The notes below the pieces were generated by a model. It saw only the letters and a program-made list of their open reading frames with translations, had not been told where the DNA came from and did no database searches. The position numbers and the translations under genes were made by a program. This document shows positions 52,597-64,000 of a stretch of DNA of 64,000 nucleotides, one piece after another. Positions within the stretch are counted from its first letter, which is position 1; every line of letters starts with the position of its first letter. The stretch comes from Lingula anatina (taxonomy: Eukaryota; Animalia; Brachiopoda), in contig CM120640.1 of the NCBI GenBank assembly GCA_051362555.1, forward strand, positions 18,414,001 to 18,478,000, given 5' to 3'.

Positions 52597-54266
52597 CCCA
52601 ATGATCAAGGAATAAACATCAAACGCTGAAGAGAACTTTTACAAATTTGAAAAATATATAGGATGAAGAAAGCTGAAGTATTTTAATATAATAAACTGTG
52701 TATCAAATAGTAGACATAGGAGCAACTGGATTAAGGACAGATTTATTTATGTAGGTCTTGCATCTCAGTCGGGTCTTAAGGTGTAATTTACTCAAATATT
52801 TTCCCTGGAGCAAATAATTCTGTTCTCTATAACATGTTTTGGGCTTTAATAACAAGCTTTGAAAAAGAGAAGAAAAAAGTTTGGTACATCCTTGTAATAA
52901 AAATGAAAGTGATTATTTCAATTTTTTAATTAAATCTAAAAACTGAAAACGTTAGATTTAGATCTTTTGAATATAATATGATGTTCAAGCAAATATATAT
53001 ATATATATCGTTATATGTCTCACTGTAAGTGCAAATGAAATTAAACTCGTTTACCTACTTGGTTTTCTGCTGCGCCACCCGCACGACGAACGCGCTGTTC
53101 AACTTCTGATGGCTGATGTTCCCTGGAACACCAAATTTAAGTTATTATTGAACACAGCCATGTCAGCTTAAGTTCATATCATCACTAATTATAATACACT
53201 TTAAATCAAAATTCAACGAAAACATAATTGTATAGAATCATTCATTCTGTAATATATCTGGGTTTATCTAGGTCATGATTAACCTTATTTCTACACTGTG
53301 CGCACGTCTCTGTCAGAGTATACATTTATTTTTTACAGTACAACAGAATAGCGATAAATAGGAGAGACAAGATACATACCTAGAGTTTATTTCAGATATT
53401 ACATGTATTTCTCTGCCGTCTTCAAACAGCCTACTGCCGCCAAACTATTTACATGACCTCTGTCAAGTACCCCTAAATGTTCGTAACATATTTATCATGA
53501 ATTATGGCAATAGTACGTGTATTTTGTTATTCTGAATTTCATAGCCCTTGTGGTTATAAAGCCAGCCGAACTGGGTGCTTCCTCAAAAGGATGTGAAGGT
53601 TGCTGTGATACTAATATTTCAGACCATTTCGGTGATTCTTTGCAGATGAGGGTCTAAAACGATTCCCGAACTTTACAGACTGTAAAAACTGATTTCATAA
53701 CTACCAACTTGTCTGCAGTCATCATCAATATTAAGTGATCTTAGCCTTACGCTTTACAAGAATATTCTGAACTGTCTGTCGAGAGGGTCCAATAGTGAAT
53801 TACTCATAGGTTGTAATCTTATGATCATAATCACTATAATTATAATTAAATATTCTAATTAGTCTAAAGCAAGTTTGTCTGTATAAATTTGTATTGCTCA
53901 TTTTGTGCCTTTAAAGTGGCTTCAATTATTAAAATTGTAATTAAAAATCATAAATATAATCTAAAGCAAAATTTTTTATATAACGTTCTATCGCTCATTT
54001 TGTGCCTTTATCCTTTATGTTAAGGGTCCAAACAGGGATTCTGAACAGTGACCAAAAACTACACAGATTTGTGTGCTTGTAACGTTTATTATGTACTTTT
54101 TTCTATTGCAATAAAAAAACAAACAAAAAAAAAATCACACAGACTAAATCTTCTTTTTTTTAGAAGAGAGACATTTGTAGCTTTTATTATTGGTGCCATG
54201 TCTCACGGACTTCTAAAGCATGTTTTAATATAAAATTTCGTTAGTTACCTTACACTGCTAACGTCT

Positions 54267-55730
54267 AAGCCACGATGGTTAGGAGACTCCTGACAGTTGA
54301 CAAATGCATCATTCCCTTCACTTTCAATATTTATTATCAAGACTCTATAAACTTATTTCACCTATAACAGACGCTAAAAAGTGTTAGTCGGATACACCTA
54401 ATTTAAGTATTACAATTACCTCAAATAATCCATACTGAATGTCTACATTTTGAAAATCCACTTGAACTGGGACTATACAAATGACAGTTAAGTGTACGGG
54501 GTCCGCCATATAGATAAACGTCCCAATAAAATATTCGTCCCGATAGATACGTCTCTATACATACACGTCTCAATAGATTTACGTCTCGTTAAATTCACGT
54601 TCCGATAGATCCACCAACAGATTCCTATAAACCCACGTATCTTTAGATCCAGGTACCGCTAGATCCATCTACACTGTATCTGACATCGTAATCGGCTAAA
54701 AGGTCGATATCAACTTGTGATACAGGTATGAGGCTTTCGAGTGATAGTCTGGCTGCGAATACTGATCCACTTAGTGATCTGACTTAATTACAACCTGATA
54801 TTTATTATTTATTTATTCATTTATTTATTTATATATTTATTAGGTGTTCAAACAAGACATACATGTACGTTCGCGTCTACACGTCTATCACACTCTAAAG
54901 TTCGGGAACGCGTCGTAAACATGAAACAGAACACATTTTAAGTGTGCAAATGTTACATTTTGAGAACGCTTTAAACAGTGTTCTGGCGCCAGAACACTGA
55001 GCGTTGTGAAATATAGAACACATTTTTATGTTCTTTTTTTTTTTTTTTTTGTTTTGTTTTGTTTTGTTTAGAACACATTTACATGTAAATTCAGAACACT
55101 TTTTACCTGTTTGAATGTTACATTTTGAGAACGCTTTAAACAGTGTTCTGACGCTAGAAGAGAAAGCGTTGTGAAATATAGAACACGTTTTCGTTCTTTT
55201 TATGTTCTTTCACTGAGTATTGTGTGAAAACGATCTAGAAAAATAATATATTGCTGAAAGGATTAATATTTGTACTGTCGTTTTAAAGAAGTGCATTTTA
55301 TGTACTGAGTAGTATACCAACCATTTTGAGCAAAAGCATACCTGTAATGGATCTATCGGTATTTGGATCTCAAAATACGTGGATCTATAGGTATGCGGAT
55401 TTAAAGGACGTGGGTTTTTGAGGACGTCGTATCTATAGGAACGCAAATATATAGGACAGCAGTAAAAAATCGGATCTATCGGTATTTAAATCTAAAAAGA
55501 CGTTTTTTCAGTTTTTCCTTTATGTATCTATCGGTAACGGGAGTATAGGGACGTGTAATATTTTGGGACTAAATTTTATCCGTACGTACCCAAGTGTACA
55601 TAACAAAATATGTTGGGTCAGTGTATTTACTACCTTCTAATTTATCCTTCTTATGTATTTTTGATACATTGTTTTTAGTATTCATGTTTAAAATATACAC
55701 GTACCACAGCAAAAAAATTCACCTTCACCA
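54267..55730 (+). pseudogene. Remnant of the duplicated kinase gene (last codons, stop and fragmented 3' UTR)
   Basis: AAGCCACGATGGTTAGGAGACT at 54267 matches 46475-46497. 54405-54446 matches about 46521-46560. 55610-55650 matches about 46588-46626. Confidence 0.75.
54498..55591. mobile_element. Foldback/MULE-like non-autonomous element with a nested repeat
   Basis: Ends GGGGTCCG / CGTACCC, exact 8-bp TSD AAGTGTAC (54490-54497, 55592-55599), subterminal GATAGAT/ACGTC arrays mirrored as ATCTATC/GACGT, internal 165-bp direct repeat (54949, 55114). Confidence 0.8.
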
Positions 55731-56249
55731 GGATCAAAAGAGTATGTGAGAAGAGGAGGTTATTAATGACAGTCATGCTTCCTATTTCCAAAGAAAGAAA
55801 GACACAGTGCAATTTATGTTTATTTTTAAAGTTCATTAGAAAGACAGTAAATTTTTTGTACTGTGTACTTAAATTGTGTGATTGCTGAAGTTATGCATTT
55901 TTGTGTGTGTAATGTGCATTTTTCTCATTCTGGCATTTTCAAAGTGTGAATTTGAACTCTAATGGACCTGAAGTCCCATGCTAGTCACATATTCTTAACA
56001 TTTGTGTTACTTGTTGTGCATAATTAAAATTTGGTGCTGATTTTGCTGTTAACCATACCCATGTATTATTTCATCAAAATTGACAAAGTAACATTGTTAT
56101 TTTTGCTTTTTGACTGTATATTTGACAGCTTTCCTGCCTTTTTCTTTATAGTTTTGCACATTGCAGTAAGGTTGATACTTTTTTGTAGAGGAATATAGAA
56201 TATTATGATATAGATAAATCCATAGACTAGCTTCTTGGTGAAAACTTAG

Positions 56250-56251
<2 letters not shown>

Positions 56252-56320
<69 letters not shown>
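56252..56320. repeat. (TA)n microsatellite
   Basis: Direct reading. Confidence 0.95.
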
Positions 56321-56322
<2 letters not shown>

Positions 56323-56609
56323 CGAGGCTCGTTTTAGCGCTAGCAGAAGCATGGGATGTCACACTACAAACAGTACCCATTTTCATTTGCTTCAGTTAAC
56401 ATAACAAATCGCTCACTAAAAGTATTTTTTTTAGTTTTAAGTGCATAAAGCGGAATCAATGTAGCCAGTGGGTGTCTTATGTTTATTTTAAATTCCAAAA
56501 CATGTCGAGATGGGAGAGACCAGGAATAGCACACTAACAGGATTTTCGTATTGTTACTGTTGCGCTTGAAAGTGCACAGAAAGCCACAGCAACATATAAC
56601 GCATTCTTT

Positions 56610-56611
<2 letters not shown>

Positions 56612-56651
<40 letters not shown>

Positions 56652-56664
56652 GTGTGTGTGTGTG
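56612..56664. repeat. Compound (TC)n(TG)n microsatellite
   Basis: Direct reading. Confidence 0.9.
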
Positions 56665-57300
56665 CCATGGTAAAATCAGTTTAAGTATGAGATGATACAC
56701 TGTGACCCGAGCGATATATGCCAGAAGACAAAGAGCGTCACGAGTGTATCTCACCCCCCCCCCCAAAAAAAAAAAAAAAAAACGCCCCTAAAACCAAATA
56801 AAACGTAATCGCCGCTGTAACAAACTATCTCTGGGTAGGTATTGAAGGAAAGAGTCCCCTGCGATGTCCCTTTTCCTTTGATTTGTTTGGTTTAATGTTC
56901 TTTCTTAATTTTTTCCCTTGATTTTTTGGTTTAATGTTCTTTTTCCATGTTCGGGTAAGCCCCAACCTATTTTGACCCACTTACTCGTATGTCACGCTAG
57001 CCCTCTCCTGTGTGAATCTAACGGAGGGTGGACACTACATCGTATGCTACACGTCCCCTTAACACTTATCTAGTTTTACAATGAAGGATTTTGATAGTTT
57101 ATCTGCTATTCTTAACATAACTCACATGTGTACAGAATTAGCTGGAAAATGCATGCAGAAGTGAACTTCAATATCTCGTACCAGTCAAATAATACTCTGA
57201 ACTTGATACCTGGTAGCCTATATAATATGTGGTGGTGGAGAGCGAGGAGTCAATAGGAAACCTCATTTCCAACCTTCAAAAAGGTTACCACACCCTAAAT

Positions 57301-57411
57301 CAGGGGCGGATCTAGGGTTATTTGAAGGGGGGTCCGCAGATGCGAAGCCGACCCTCTCCCCCATCTTGGCGTGGGGTCAGGACCCCCCTGACCCCCCTAA
57401 ACCCGCCACTG
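57301..57411. mobile_element. Internally deleted copy of the 43207/52313 MITE family
   Basis: CAGGGGCGGATCTAGG...CCCGCCACTG. Both ends kept, middle missing. Confidence 0.8.
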
Positions 57412-58849
57412 CTACACTGTAAGTTAATTCACAAAGGCCCTACTTGTCCGTGTACATACGAAAACTGATCTACATGTACATTAACTTGTTGACCTGGAGA
57501 TGGAGATTCTGGTCCACGCAGTCGCAGTTCGGTTCGAGGCCGATGTTTAAAAAAAAGGCAGAAAGAAAAGAGAATTTGCTGCTTTGCCTGGAGCAGTATT
57601 GTGGTTTGATAGCGTGTTTACGTGCAAGACTAAAAACAACATATGCCTCACATGAAGGCCTTAATGATTGAGGCTGTTTGAAGCAGATGGTGAAAGTCGT
57701 TTCGCTGCTCCTAGAGGCCCGTGGCTTGGAAACTGATGGAGTGGGTGGGTGGTAGGAGATTATGTAAAATATGGACATTTCCACAATGAGGCACCATCAT
57801 TTCCTGATGATGATAACAAATAACAATGAGGTGACAACACTTTTTTTTGCAATATGAACATGTCCAGCCTTTTTCTTTGCTTATTAAAACACATATTTTT
57901 TATAAATTTGCCCATGCAATATAACACAGGTGCTAATCTTACTTATGCCTCAATGCAGCCGATTTTAGTGTGCATCGTAAGGCTCACCAAATTGGTGCAT
58001 GGGTAAGCTCACCACCTGAGTTATAAATCATGAGCACATTTGGGAAGAAGAAAGTCAAGTTAGTTACCCGGTCCACACATTATTTTAAGTGTACTGCGTG
58101 TAAAAGAGACAAAATGCAAGAATTATCAACGAGCTCAACGTAGTTTCCATTTGGGATTTCACCCTCTTGGTTATGTTATCTCGGTTTAGGTCTGACATAA
58201 AAAATAATCATTATATGAAGATTGCATCTGTAGGCCCTATTGCCAGGTAAACTTGTCTATATGAAATATCAGACTATAATCTGACAGAATATTATGATAA
58301 AAACAGTGTCACAGTTTGAGAGCATCGTATATCAACCGAAAAGGGATCGTTTTTATGGATTGCGATGGTAAAACCCGTCTAGGGGTTCGAATTTGGAGGG
58401 TTGAACGCTAAAGGGGGAGAAGTTTTAAATCTGTAGAAGCCAATTAGAGATTCGACCGTTTTTGAATTGATGTTTCTGGCCTTCCTAGCAGAAAGGAAAT
58501 ATTACTTTTTCATTTTGAATAACTAATTTATTCAATATGGTATTTAGCTTTTATACCCTCGTTTACAGCTTGATGAATTGAAATGTTTCTTAAAATAAAA
58601 TATCGTTTATCTCCCTGTTTGATGTCGTGTGTTACAAAAGTTTGCTAATGTTGATACTTGATACGAATTAAATTCTTTCAAAACAATATCTATTTTATAA
58701 GACCAAAAGACCGTTAAAGGCTGGTGCTATCTCGTGATTGGATAAAAGGAAATGTGAACTGTAAAGCTAATCATTCAACACATGTTCATGCTTTACAAGG
58801 TATACATGTTGGCCTATATGGTTAGTGATATTTAACATGGCATGGCTGA

Positions 58850-58859
58850 ACTCTCTCTC

Positions 58860-58933
<74 letters not shown>
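58850..58933. repeat. Compound (CT)n(CA)n microsatellite
   Basis: Direct reading. Confidence 0.95.
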
Positions 58934-58936
<3 letters not shown>

Positions 58937-59014
58937 TACTTGTTTAAACATAAGCGAAACTGTCACCACCATGAAAAAGATAGGAAATGGATGTAACTTC
59001 ACTTGACCTCAACC

Positions 59015-59206
59015 TACCCTCTACCGGGGCCACCGATTGATTTTCACTAAATATTCCCATAGCCTACACCAGTGTATGTCTGCCTCTAGATATTTTATGG
59101 CACAATTCTCTGCTGTGCTCACAGTACAGAAAAGTGCACAAAATTAATCTCAGATATAACTGTGAATATCTAGTGAAAAATCAATCTGTGACCCTAGCAA
59201 TGGGTA
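59015..59206. mobile_element. Palindromic MITE-like element
   Basis: Imperfect inverted arms of about 45 bp with exact core GATTGATTTTTCACTA / TAGTGAAAAATCAATC; ends TACCC..GGGTA. Confidence 0.65.
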
Positions 59207-61176
59207 ACCTATCATAGAAAAATCTTTACCCTGTAAAATTAAGGTTATTTTAAAGTCTTGGGCTTGAAATTTTCTGGACAGATCATCAGTAAACAGCCAA
59301 AAAGGACGCTGCTAAGGATCCATAAAACCTGATAATTGACTCGACCAAAGGAGGAGGTTCTTTTCTTTGGTTTTGTTTTGTAAGTGGACAACATATACTC
59401 AACAGTTTTTTTTTCTCAAATTTGATGGACTGCATTCTAATTGTATAAAATGTCTCTCGTTCTTGCAAAATCAGTAAGAGCCTATTATGCGTTTTGATTA
59501 ATGGCATGGAATTCTTTCTTTCCTCATTAAATTTTGACATATACTGTCATGTTAGGTCGTGGTCTTTAGTAACAAATATACATGTACGAATTGACATTAT
59601 CATCATAATTAATAATATGGCCTGGTAATCTTGTCAACATGTTCTGATCAGGTTATGAGTATATTGATTAATATGATCCCATGTAGTTTCACTCTAAAAT
59701 GTCGCTCGTTTTTCCCTCTGTTAAGCAATTCAAAAATTAAAAAAAAATTTAAAACAAAAAGGTTTTCTCTGTAATAATTCAGTTTGTTATCTACTCAATA
59801 AACGAGCTTCAACCAAGGCCCTAAGATATCATTCAAAGATGGAGCATAAGATAAAATTAATTTGAAACATTTAGCTTAAATAGCCTCCTTAATTCTATGA
59901 CGGATGCGCATAAACCCTCGAGCACTCACCCCCATCACCCTGCATTATGAAGCAACGTGTAAACCTAATTATGCTTTTTTTCATCGAAAATTAAATTTCG
60001 AATTTAATCTAGCTTCCTTTTCAGATTCTCTAGGACTCAAAATGTCACAAACTTTATTTACACTTTTACTTTCCGTCAAGTTTTGTTCACGGCTCTTGAA
60101 GCAATAATCAAGGTATATTTCTTTTCAGTCTCCATCTGATTGAAACAGCACGTGTAACGACGGACAAAGTAATTTCAACTTAAAAAATCTAGGTTATAGG
60201 CTATCTCACACTTAATGAAACAAATTCCTTAACATAACTCTCAGTACCAGTTGCTGTAAATATAACCTGACGTGCGGCCAACACGTATGCCCGAAATAGG
60301 CAAGCTGCACCAAACCATGCAGAGGTAATGAAGAGAACAGGCTGATGTGATGGCAACCATATTTTATATCAATATTTTCTAAGTAAACCATTTGTTTTCT
60401 TGCCCCATTCATCCTATACATGTACCCTAGCACAAGACCTGAGAAATTTTGCTTTAAATATTTCCATCCAAATTGGATGGATCGAACGGATAGATAGCCC
60501 CTGGGCATTAGTACAAACAGAAATGCTTGTATGGCTTATACATTCACTACACTTGCGTACACCCAGGCATACATACACAAATACACAATACAACTTGGAG
60601 AAAATGGAACGGGCATCGAAAGACGTGCATGCGAACACAAGTGCGTACCCCCCCCCCCCTTCCTCAAATTGTTTTTTCTTATTTCTTCAACCCTGGTCTC
60701 TTATGGGAGTAGCTAAACAACTCTTTTTCAGTGGAAAGTGCAAAACTTTGAAAAAATCCATATAGGGCACACAACAAAGAGATTACGAGAGATGATACAA
60801 TATGCCGGTTGCATTACAACCTGCATGAAAATGGAATTGCAAGGTATACAGCCAGAGTGTAGAAGATGTACAAAAATGTCCACTGTCCTGGCTTGAGAAA
60901 AGAAATTCAATCCATCCTTCCGAAAAATATATTAATTTTAATAGCCCCACAAAAAGTTTAGTCTCCTTATGGGCACAAATGATGAAGACTTTTTAAGAGG
61001 AGTTGCAAATTCCATCACGAAAAACGGACAAGAATGATCAGAATAACTAGAGTTATCACAAGGTCAACATGCTCAAACGAATATGAAAGGGCTATAGAAT
61101 ATGCTGTAACTACATATTGTTAAAACATGTCTGTGAAACATTTCCTTTTATTCTGTTAATAATTATAATTGTGCAC

Positions 61177-61178
<2 letters not shown>

Positions 61179-61240
<62 letters not shown>
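61179..61240. repeat. (TA)n microsatellite
   Basis: Direct reading. Confidence 0.95.
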
Positions 61241-61242
<2 letters not shown>

Positions 61243-63406
61243 CATTGTTATATCATAGCCGTTGTGCTTGTATCAATAAAGAAATAAAAACATTATAAAA
61301 TAAATATTGATTTTTTTTGTGTCGTATCCTTTTTCACAGTATCTAATCAAAAGGGTTGGCAATAGACAAATAATAACCAAAAAAACATCCTTGTCTATGT
61401 GAAAAATTACTAGCTTGTATTTTCAGTTTTAAGTCCCAGTTTCATGTGTTGCCCATTTTTTCAGCAAACAAGTACTTCTCCTTTGGCATCTAGCTAGAAT
61501 TGCTAACTGTCAGAAACAGTCTATCAAAATATTATTTAAGCTTCTCTTAGGCAGCATTATATCTGTTATGTCTGTTAATTAATGTAGGAACTCTGTTAAG
61601 GCTTATAAATAACCCCCGATGTTGAGAAAACACATCTTTTCTGTTAGATATGTGCTTGCGTGTAAATTGAAAACATGTGCGGATTCGCCAACCGTGGAGC
61701 CTGAGAGGAGGTTTTTCTAAGAGTTAAGTCTAAACTATTTGCACGCTACATTGTGGACATGGCTACCATCAGGATCAACTTGAAGAAGGTTGCTCCGTTG
61801 GCGATTCTGTTGTTGAGTTTAGGTAAGATCAATTTAAATAATGGACGTCTTAATATGGTGTAAGCAAGAGGTTACCTGAAAGGGCCGTCTTCACGTTCTA
61901 ATGGGGCTCATTATTTGGGTCCACACCCTTAAAATCGTTATGGAATTGCATTATCGTTAATTCCCCTTATTTGGCTCTTTCATTTTCTCCATGATTAGCG
62001 TCCTCTTAACACAAAAGAAAGTGATAAGGTCAAGTTAAGCCAAGAAGAACTTCATCTTAAAAGAATAATAAACCAATCATTAACGCTAAATGTTATTCAT
62101 AGAGCCAGATGCCTCTCAGGAAATAGTCATCTGTATTTGTCTTTTTTCGAGACAAACGTCATAAGGAATGGCCTACCGTCGGGTCAACGCTTAAATGATG
62201 GAAGATACATTTGAAAAATCTGGGTTAACATCCTGCCCAATTTGCGTGCTGTAAGACATTAAGTAGTAGTCAGCGGGAGTAATGAACCATACTGTAACGT
62301 GATTTGGTCGATTTGGTCTCACCTTAGAGAGATATGTATCCTTATTCTTAATCAATACGATGAATCATTGCCTGTTATCATTATCGAAAATTCTTTATTT
62401 TTACTGAATATGGTAAGGGGAGGCTGGGTCTTAAATAAGTAAATAAATATGAATAAACTCGGGGGATAATTTCATGAGATAATCGATTTTTCAGGACGGA
62501 AAATTCCTCTGCTAACATATTCTGTGGTTTGCTTTGTGGTCGTTTCTACTTGGATCATTAAGTTAGAATCCAGGCTCCTTAACATCGTTAACATGCAAGA
62601 TTCAGTCGTCTCAGTCGGAAAGTAGCCATGCTTTAAATCGCGTTAAACAACCCAACGAACAAAAATATATATGCTTGTGTTTAGATTTATACGTGCATTC
62701 ATACAGAAACAAACAACACGGTATGTAAAAAAGTAGAAAAAAAAACTGAAAGATACGTAATCCCAATTTCTTGTACATATTAACTGCAAATAAAGGTAGA
62801 AGTTATCATGAAATTTAGGTCTTTGGTTGTCTATTATTTTTGGTTGTCTACAGTACAGGTGCACACATACGTTTTCACCTCATCAGGCAATACATTTTGT
62901 CAAGTCACCAGCACTAGACATTAACTCCCCATTAAAGGGCTGGTCTTGCACTCAAAGGAGGGACAAGTAACGCTTGCTTCGATCGTATCTGCACCAAAGG
63001 TGCAGCGAAAGGGCCATTACCCAAATGAGCCGCACCGAACCATGACTGGATAAAGACCTCCTAATGTCTCCTCTTAGATAAATGGAAAAACAAATGTAAA
63101 CAACCGAGGCACCCATCATGACTTGCAGTTCTGGATGAAAATAACATTTCAAGAAATAATGCTGTCATTTTTTTCTGTGCCTCTGAATGAATGTATGAAA
63201 GGCTGAATGAGAAAAAAATTATGTCCCTCTTATGTCCGGACCAATAACAGTATTAAGTACCCTTCACACGGTACATGTAGGCCCTATGCCAGAATATATA
63301 ATTCCTTACATAATTTTCATAAATGTCGATGTAGTTAGTTGATATCTCGGCAACTTTTGGCAAATAAAAGGAAAGGCCCAATACACTTTCACTAGACCCG
63401 AGTTAT

Positions 63407-64000
63407 TTACGTTGTAATCGCATGTGCATCACAGCCCTTGCTTGTTTTTACATCTGTTTGACACACAGTTTCCTCATACTTTGGTGGAATGTCATTTTCT
63501 GTTGTTCCGTACAGAGAGACCACCGATTGTAAAGAAGACTGCCGATTGTACTCGGGTGTTTTTCCAGTCTTAACAGCAGTGTTAAAGTCTAGGCTGAGGT
63601 CTCTCGTGGTATAAACATTACCAATGCCATTTCCGTTGAAAAGAATGAAGATTCTTTGTTGGAGATCCGACTGGCAGAATACTAGACCGCCATCGGAAGT
63701 AGTATCTATCGCTACAAAGGATGGATTCGAGACACCGCTCCTCACATATACAGAATGTTCATTAGCGCTCTCTTCGTCGCTATTTGCCATACTAGTCTCG
63801 TCACTGTCGCTGTTATAATCATTAGGCTTACTTTTCAAGCAGTAACTGCAAGCCCCTCCTCGAATACACATCATTATCCCAGTAAGGTATAAGAATAAGG
63901 CACCACAAAAAATAATAGGTCCGAGAGCGGTCCCTGGTACAGAGATCAGTATTATACCAACTCCTGCCAATGTACAGAGCGTTCCAAGAGCAAAACAAAT
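63407..64000 (-). CDS. Uncharacterised membrane protein, 3' part (two hydrophobic helices, Cys cluster, acidic tail, PPKY motif)
   Basis: The frame is open to the window edge (ICFALGTLCTLAGVGIILISV...LGPIIFCGALFLYLTGIMMC) and ends DIPPKYEETVC...TT-stop. Confidence 0.7.
   Translation of the reverse strand: MCFALGTLCTLAGVGIILISVPGTALGPIIFCGALFLYLTGIMMCIRGGACSYCLKSKPNDYNSDSDETSMANSDEESANEHSVYVRSGVSNPSFVAIDTTSDGGLVFCQSDLQQRIFILFNGNGIGNVYTTRDLSLDFNTAVKTGKTPEYNRQSSLQSVVSLYGTTENDIPPKYEETVCQTDVKTSKGCDAHAITT

Noticed and set aside
52334-52629. Gly/Pro-rich ORFs
   Set aside because: They are translations of the GC-rich MITE.

Overview
AT-rich, intron-rich animal genomic DNA, probably a lophotrochozoan such as a mollusc (inference from repeat types and protein divergence). 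Gene order after manual splicing: 5' end of LIS1/PAFAH1B1 (-, partial), METTL16 (+, 7 coding exons), CLUH (-, about 36 exons), GLE1 (+), YdjC-family deacetylase copy 1 (-), a divergent 10-exon non-RD Ser/Thr kinase (+) that the ORF track shows only in fragments, YdjC copy 2 (-), a repeat-rich intergenic stretch, and the 3' part of a two-TM, PPxY-containing membrane protein (-). Main points: (1) LIS1, METTL16 and CLUH are also neighbours at human 17p13.3, suggesting ancient microsynteny; (2) a tandem duplication of a YdjC+kinase block whose second copy lost the kinase by a deletion of about 3.7 kb, leaving its stop codon and 3' UTR; (3) YdjC copy 2 has a remodelled loop after the HPG motif; (4) several non-autonomous DNA transposons with clear terminal repeats and target-site duplications. 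I found no CRISPR, tRNA, rRNA or prokaryotic-type system, and I cannot claim a wholly new biological system from sequence alone.
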